The notes under the pieces: model-generated | Seen by the model: the letters and a program-made list of their open reading frames with translations, nothing else | Databases searched by the model: none | What the model was told of the DNA's origin: nothing | Shown: one piece after another, positions 59,237 to 64,000 of the stretch | Position numbering within the stretch: position 1 is the stretch's first letter | Layout: each line of letters opens with the position of its first letter | NCBI GenBank assembly: GCA_946500895.1 | Contig: CAMMXG010000003.1 | Span: forward strand, 99-64,098 | DNA length: 64,000 nt | Source of the DNA: an uncultured Mycoplasma sp. | Lineage (GTDB): Bacteria; Bacillota_I; Bacilli_A; RF39; UBA660 | Direction of reading: 5' to 3' | Made by a program: the position numbers and the translations under genes

Positions 59237-59863
59237 TTATCTAAAATAGTTAATAAAACTATATGGAAGTGTTGCTAGTCTTGATAATGCTAGTAATAGA
59301 CAGTTATCTTCATAAGATTTTTCTGGCTTTATTAGTTTTTCTTTTTTTATTAATTCATATAACTTCTTTAATTCTTCTTCTGTTTTAAATAGACTTGCTA
59401 ATAAAACAAATTCAATTACAAAAGATACTATAAAAAGTATTAAGCCTAAGCGAATGACTAGTGTATTATTAGCAAATGCACCTAATATAATTAAAATATA
59501 ACTTGCTATCACTAGAAAAGAATTAATTTTTCTTCCAATTGCTACATTTTTTCTTTCTGGGTCTGTTTCTAGAGCAACGTTAAAGGCAGTTACTACTGCA
59601 TAAATATCTTCTCCATCAAATACTTCTGGTGATAGTTTAATTACATTTCTATCTTTATTATAGTGGTCTAAATATTTACCGCTTTTCTTAATAATATGTG
59701 GTTCTTCATCGCAAAACTTTGAAGATGTTTTTCTTGCTATTTCAAATCCCGATAAATTAGCTTCATTCTTTATATTTTTTGTTGTTTTTACTACACTTCT
59801 AAATAGCATGTTAATTAAAATAATTAATACAACTACAATTATAAATAATATATCTATTATCAT
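59237..59863 (-). CDS. YugP-like (Zn_peptidase_2 family) membrane protein lacking the HExxH motif
   Basis: Overall YugP layout (N-terminal TM, LSGFEIARK.., LDHYNKDRNVIKLS, C-terminal TMs). At the position of the family's HEAGH motif it reads AFNVAL. Confidence 0.6.
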   Translation of the reverse strand: MIIDILFIIVVVLIILINMLFRSVVKTTKNIKNEANLSGFEIARKTSSKFCDEEPHIIKKSGKYLDHYNKDRNVIKLSPEVFDGEDIYAVVTAFNVALETDPERKNVAIGRKINSFLVIASYILIILGAFANNTLVIRLGLILFIVSFVIEFVLLASLFKTEEELKKLYELIKKEKLIKPEKSYEDNCLLLALSRLATLPYSFINYFR

Positions 59864-61248
59864 TATCTTACCTCATAAATCGTACCATCTCTTGTATCTT
59901 TTAAGATGATACCCATACTTGCTAATTCATCACGAATAGAATCTGCTAAAGCATAATCTTTGTTCTTCTTAGCGTTATTTCTTTTTTCAATCATTTCTTT
60001 GATATATGCTTCATCAACATTTTTTTCTTCTTTTTTTAGCAAGTCTAATGATAATACTTTATCCATTTCTTCTATTACTCTTATTTTTGTAGAATCAGTT
60101 GTATCAGCTTTTAGTAAATCATAAAGTAAAGTAATAGCATTGGCAGTATTCATATCATCTTCTAGGCATTCTTTAAATTTGGTAACATATGTTTTTAATG
60201 TACTTTCATCAATATTTCCAGCATTTTTTAAACTGGCAATTCTTGATTTTAGTTTTTTATATGCATTTTCAGCACCAGAGAGCGATTCCAAACTAAATGT
60301 TAGTTGTTTACGATAATGACTCTGAAGCACCATAAAACGATAACTTAAAGGATTAAATCCTTCTTCTTCAAGGAATGATACTGTTAATACTTTTCCTTTA
60401 GATTTACTCATTTTGCCAGTTGCATCATTTAAGTGTTCCCCATGAATCCAATATTTGCACCATTTGTGGCCGATATAAGACTCGCTTTGAGCTATTTCGT
60501 TCGTATGATGTGGGAAAATATTATCTACACCACCACAATGGATATCTAAATATTCCCCTAAATACTTTAGAGAAATACCAGAACATTCTATATGCCAGCC
60601 TGGATAACCTTTACCAAAGGGACTATCCCATTTTAATTCTTGATCTTCAAATTTAGATTTGGTAAACCATAGTACAAAGTCAGTTTTATTTTTCTTATTA
60701 GTATCTTCTTCAACTGTATCTCTAACTCCACTAATTAGCTCTTCACCAACATGATTAGTTAGCTTATAATAATCATCTAATTTTGAGGTATCAAAATAGA
60801 TATTTCCACCAGCTTTATAAGCATATCCTGTATCTAATAACTTTGTAATTATTTTAATATATTCATCAATATTATCAGTGGCAGGACTAACGATATCTGG
60901 TTTTTTTATATTTAATTTTTCTGTATCTTTAAAAAATGCTTCTGTATAAAATCTAGCAATATCTAATACTGTTTTATTTTCTTTTTTGGCACTATTAACC
61001 ATCTTGTCATCACCGGTATCAGCATCACTAGTTAGGTGGCCAACATCCGTGATATTCATAACACGGGTTACATTAAGCCCGATAAATCTCAATGTTTTTT
61101 CTAATATATCTTCCATGATATAAGTTCTTAAATTGCCAATGTGAGCATAACTGTAAACTGTTGGCCCACAAGTATACATTTTAACAATTCCCTCTTCCCA
61201 TGGAACAAAGTCTTCTATTTTTCTTGTTAAAGTATTGTAAAGTTTCAT
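59863..61248 (-). CDS. cysS: cysteine--tRNA ligase
   Basis: HIGN (HIGH) motif, KMSKS motif and CGGVDNIFPHH zinc-site region. Start set at the ATG at 61248. Confidence 0.95.
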   Translation of the reverse strand: MKLYNTLTRKIEDFVPWEEGIVKMYTCGPTVYSYAHIGNLRTYIMEDILEKTLRFIGLNVTRVMNITDVGHLTSDADTGDDKMVNSAKKENKTVLDIARFYTEAFFKDTEKLNIKKPDIVSPATDNIDEYIKIITKLLDTGYAYKAGGNIYFDTSKLDDYYKLTNHVGEELISGVRDTVEEDTNKKNKTDFVLWFTKSKFEDQELKWDSPFGKGYPGWHIECSGISLKYLGEYLDIHCGGVDNIFPHHTNEIAQSESYIGHKWCKYWIHGEHLNDATGKMSKSKGKVLTVSFLEEEGFNPLSYRFMVLQSHYRKQLTFSLESLSGAENAYKKLKSRIASLKNAGNIDESTLKTYVTKFKECLEDDMNTANAITLLYDLLKADTTDSTKIRVIEEMDKVLSLDLLKKEEKNVDEAYIKEMIEKRNNAKKNKDYALADSIRDELASMGIILKDTRDGTIYEVR

Positions 61249-61319
61249 AAACAACTTCCTTTCATGTTATTATTATATTATAAAGTTGGATTAAATAAAA
61301 GAATTATCTTTTAAAATAT

Positions 61320-61365
61320 TTAAAAAGGAAGTGACCGCGCCGGTACTTCGGCACGACCACTTCCT
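61320..61365 (-). terminator. GC-rich intrinsic terminator upstream of cysS
   Basis: AGGAAGTG...CACTTCCT outer stem with an inner GCCG/CGGC helix, followed on the minus strand by TTTTT. Unusually GC-rich for this window. Confidence 0.7.
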
Positions 61366-61388
61366 CATAGCTTACTATATCATAAGAG

Positions 61389-61676
61389 TTATTCATCATC
61401 AAGACGACATTTTAGTTTAATACAATGTTTTTTAAAATTATTTCTAATTTCTTTTGTTTTGGAAGTTTTAACAATTTCATAATAATCAACACTTCCTATA
61501 TCATGCTCTGATAGCCAGTCAATTATTCTGGTTTCACCTCCACTTAATTTTATTAAAAACAATTCTTTTCTTGGAAATAGGCAATTATTATGCAAGTTGC
61601 GTATGTATACATTCTTTAAAATATAGGTTTCAACAATTCTTGTCTTTTCCTTTCTTAAATCTTCTAATGTTTGCAT
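61389..61676 (-). CDS. hypothetical protein (95 aa)
   Basis: Start set at the internal ATG at 61676 (AGGAGA 7 nt upstream). No family recognised. Confidence 0.45.
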   Translation of the reverse strand: MQTLEDLRKEKTRIVETYILKNVYIRNLHNNCLFPRKELFLIKLSGGETRIIDWLSEHDIGSVDYYEIVKTSKTKEIRNNFKKHCIKLKCRLDDE

Positions 61677-61740
61677 TAAAGTTCTCCTTTCGAGAGCATT
61701 ATAACATGCAAAATGAAAAAAGGACAACTTTTTAGAAAAT

Positions 61741-63294
61741 TTATATTTCATTATTGATATTGTAATTATTATTTTCTTTAAACTCATTTATAATTAAGCT
61801 TGAAGTAGTAAGTAGCATTCCGGCGATTGATACAGCATTTTTTAAAGTTGCAATGACTACATTGGTTGGGTCTATTACTTTTGTTTTCGATATAGATTCT
61901 AATTTATTTTCTAAAGCGTTATAGATTACATTAAAATTGTTTTCTTTTATTTTATTGTAAATATCATTTGGCTTAACACCTACATTTTCTAATATTTGCA
62001 TAAAAGGTTTATCTAATGCTTCTTTTAAAATGGTTGAACCATTGTTTTTTGTTTCTAAATTTTCTTTTATTTTTAATAAAATTAAACCACTTCCTGGTAT
62101 GATGCCTTTTGTTGCGCTTTTTAGAGCACATAATGCATCATCAAACCGCATCTTTTTTTCTCTTGCTTCTGTTGTAGTAGTAGCACCTACATAAATCATG
62201 CCTATTCCATTTGTTAATTTAGCTAATCTATTATTTAGAAATTCTAATTCAAAATCATTATCTATTGTTTTAACTCTCTCTTTTAATTTGTTAATGTGCT
62301 TTTTTATAGCCTCACTTTTCAAATTATTACATATTATAGCAAGGTCTTTTGTAATTTTTATTTCTTCGCATTTTCCTAAATTATTTAAACTTAATTCATC
62401 AGATACTTTTACCATTTTAGCTTTGCTAATTATTTCTAAATCTTTTAAAACATCCATTTGATGAAGTCCATATTCAGGCAATTTTAATAAAGTAACGTTT
62501 GTTATTTTATTAAAATTTAAAGATAGAACTTCATTTATTACTTCTTCACTATAATCAGTTGCAAGTATTACTAGTGGTATTCTTTTTTCAATTGTATAAT
62601 TTATGATTTCACTAATCTCTTCTATCTCGTTTACTTCTTTTGTCATAATAAGGATTAAACAATTTTTATATGTTATTTCATTTGTATTATTAAAAAAATA
62701 GGGAGATGCTAAAATTGGCTCAAAACTATAGCCGTTTATGATTTTTGTGTAAGTTTCGCTTGTTTTGCTTTCTTCAATTTTGATAGCACTTCCAACTTTT
62801 AATTTTAAATACATCGATGTTATAAGTTTACCTATATTCTTGTCACTGGCAGCAATACTGGCAATATCATAATAGTTTTCTTCACTAGGAATTTTACTTT
62901 CTTTTTTAATTTCTTCTATTACGCTTTCTAAAGCATTATCTAACTCATTTTTCAATATGTGAGGATTTGTTCCTTCTTTAATTTTAGCTAAGCCGCTTTT
63001 AAATATGCTTTCTAATAAAACTAAGGTTGTGGTTGTGCCGTCGCCTACTGTTTCATCGGTTTTAATGGATGCTTCTTTAGCAAGAGTAAGAATTGTATTG
63101 ATTCGTTCATCTTCACTTTCAATATTTCTTGCTATGGTTACTCCATCATTTGTAATAAAAGGGCTCATTAGAGAATGGTCAATGATGGCATTTGAGCCTC
63201 TCGGCCCTAAAGTTTTCTTAACTGTTCCACATAATAATTCAACGGCTTGTTCTTCACAATCATATAATTCTTCACCTGTTATTACCTTTTTCAT
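61741..63294 (-). CDS. divergent Cpn60/GroEL-family chaperonin-like protein
   Basis: TLGPRGSNAII, ITNDGVTIARNIE, VGDGTTTT (ATP site) and SPYF motifs. No GroES gene adjacent and no C-terminal GGM tail. Start at the ATG at 63294 (GGAGG 6 nt upstream). Confidence 0.7.
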   Translation of the reverse strand: MKKVITGEELYDCEEQAVELLCGTVKKTLGPRGSNAIIDHSLMSPFITNDGVTIARNIESEDERINTILTLAKEASIKTDETVGDGTTTTLVLLESIFKSGLAKIKEGTNPHILKNELDNALESVIEEIKKESKIPSEENYYDIASIAASDKNIGKLITSMYLKLKVGSAIKIEESKTSETYTKIINGYSFEPILASPYFFNNTNEITYKNCLILIMTKEVNEIEEISEIINYTIEKRIPLVILATDYSEEVINEVLSLNFNKITNVTLLKLPEYGLHQMDVLKDLEIISKAKMVKVSDELSLNNLGKCEEIKITKDLAIICNNLKSEAIKKHINKLKERVKTIDNDFELEFLNNRLAKLTNGIGMIYVGATTTTEAREKKMRFDDALCALKSATKGIIPGSGLILLKIKENLETKNNGSTILKEALDKPFMQILENVGVKPNDIYNKIKENNFNVIYNALENKLESISKTKVIDPTNVVIATLKNAVSIAGMLLTTSSLIINEFKENNNYNINNEI

Positions 63295-64000
63295 AAGCAT
63301 CCTCCATTTCTATTATATATTTCCAATATTTTTTAGGCATAAAATTCATTTGACATCGCCTGTTTTTTCGCGCTTCAATTCCTATTGTCTTAAAAAATGT
63401 TAACCATAAATTTTCTACTTCTTTCTCTTCTTTCTTTATTTCTATATCCTTTAAATTTATATTTTCCCCTGATACTATATAGTATTTTTTGGTATCATAA
63501 ATACTATACATATTTCTATTCATGTCTTTTATAATCCAATATTCGTTTGCTAAACGTTTGGCAAAGTGATGAGATAACAATTCTAAAACATCACTAACCG
63601 GTTCAATCTCGGCATATAATACATGATTGTTAATTTCTTTGAATCTTACAAATCCTTTTAATTTATGGCACTCATTACTAACATGTTTGGCTAACTTTAA
63701 AGCACTATATACACATTTTAGATTGCGCATAGTAAATATTTTGTCTTGGTATTTTAGTGCATTTAATAAAAAATAATATATTATTAATTCTTTATGTTCA
63801 TCACTTGATAAATATACATAATAAATTGTTTTCATTATATTTTTAGATACCTTTATTTTACTTATGTCAAACTCCATATCCAGTTCTAATTCAATTACAT
63901 CATCTAAAAGGTTCGGTCTAAAGTTTTCTTTTTCTTTTATATCTAATGGTTTGTTTTTTAATTTTATTAACTTGCTTATTAAATCTAGAAGACTTTTAAA
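63272..64000 (-). CDS. DUF4130/TIGR03915-family probable DNA-metabolism protein (5' end outside the window)
   Basis: NFRPNLLDD, GFVRFKE, YAEIEPVSDVLELLSHHFAKRL..WIIKD and WLTFFKTIGIEARKNRRCQMNFMPKKYWKYIIE match the family pattern. The frame stays open to the window edge. Confidence 0.75.
   Translation of the reverse strand, partial: FKSLLDLISKLIKLKNKPLDIKEKENFRPNLLDDVIELELDMEFDISKIKVSKNIMKTIYYVYLSSDEHKELIIYYFLLNALKYQDKIFTMRNLKCVYSALKLAKHVSNECHKLKGFVRFKEINNHVLYAEIEPVSDVLELLSHHFAKRLANEYWIIKDMNRNMYSIYDTKKYYIVSGENINLKDIEIKKEEKEVENLWLTFFKTIGIEARKNRRCQMNFMPKKYWKYIIEMEDAYEKGNNR

Noticed and set aside
61255-61388. Possible T-box leader upstream of cysS, because GTGGTCGTGCC...ACCGGCGCGG vaguely resembles the T-box GGUGGUACCGCG sequence.
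   Set aside because: The region is too short (134 nt) for stem I/specifier plus antiterminator. The GC-rich hairpin with a T run is better explained as the terminator of the upstream 95-aa gene, followed by a separate cysS promoter.
61677-61787. Longer 132-aa version of the ORF downstream of the GroEL-like gene.
   Set aside because: The extension would overlap the GroEL-like 3' end by 47 nt. The internal ATG at 61676 has a good AGGAGA RBS.
2302-63403. About 35 ORF-track entries lying antisense to or inside longer genes. Examples: 2302-2565, 3109-3360, 6187-6444, 8453-8770, 9924-10169, 12833-13042, 13079-13276, 17059-17241, 26743-27006, 27407-27613, 27847-28080, 29106-29444, 30217-30602, 31549-31863, 32241-32636, 38322-38510, 40060-40480, 42126-42338, 42926-43138, 45932-46141, 46979-47164, 47465-47713, 49083-49430, 51120-51377, 53102-53407, 53852-54091, 55015-55383, 55983-56216, 60420-60656, 62198-62461, 63005-63403.
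   Set aside because: These are shadow ORFs of well-supported genes on the opposite strand or in another frame. They have low-complexity, Phe/Leu/Ile-rich translations typical of AT-rich antisense frames, and no RBS.
1-64000. Scan for rRNA, tRNA, tmRNA, RNase P and SRP RNA genes and for CRISPR arrays in all gaps over 100 nt.
   Set aside because: No cloverleaf-compatible GC-rich segments, no conserved RNA cores and no regularly spaced repeat-spacer arrays were seen. The only repeats are those reported at the island borders and near the Fic gene.

Overview
AT-rich (about 27-30% GC by eye) chromosomal window from a low-GC, wall-bearing Bacillota-type bacterium. The standard genetic code fits, and lgt, murT/gatD, tagO and glmS are all present. 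Most of the window encodes cell-envelope glycopolymer functions. One block at 5.1-15.4 kb holds a GtrA/GtrB/GT-C style extracytoplasmic glycosylation set plus an LtaS-family enzyme. A ~21-kb minus-strand locus at 38.3-59.1 kb runs tagO - galE - Wzx flippase - six glycosyltransferases - Wzy-like::TagA fusion - frameshifted UDP-GlcNAc 2-epimerase - a UbiA (DPPRS-like)/HAD/GT-C module - an LtaS-like protein. Housekeeping genes are interspersed: rubrerythrin, trxB, lgt, uvrB, a Suf-like pair, ZIP zinc importer, murT/gatD, glmS, cysS. The most unusual region is a ~10.3-kb insertion at 15.9-26.3 kb. It is bracketed by two ~96%-identical direct copies of the first 276 nt of uvrB, the left one a truncated remnant and the right one heading the intact gene. 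Just inside these sit 24/25-identical 25-bp direct repeats. No recombinase is visible in the insertion. It carries one compact 8-gene operon that combines a SAF-less NeuB-like synthase, an Fe-alcohol dehydrogenase, a ParB/Srx-like::NAL/DHDPS-like fusion, a KdsC::GmhA fusion, a pyruvyl transferase, a NUDIX hydrolase and a HelD-type helicase. This looks like an uncharacterised 3-deoxy-ulosonic-acid-type pathway that lacks any recognisable nucleotidyl- or glycosyltransferase. Other notable items: a ~213-nt strongly self-complementary element with its own promoter between two paralogous double-HTH regulators; single-nucleotide frameshifts in a Fic gene and in wecB/mnaA (the latter in an A7 tract); catalytically degenerate paralogues (pseudo-HAD fused to LtaS-like, YugP-like without HExxH); a zinc-type divergent promoter pair with a 35-aa very basic peptide; and a divergent GroEL-like gene translationally overlapping a DUF4130/TIGR03915 DNA-repair-associated gene. 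No rRNA, tRNA, CRISPR array, transposase or integrase was recognised. All calls come from reading the translations and sequence motifs by eye; no database search was run.
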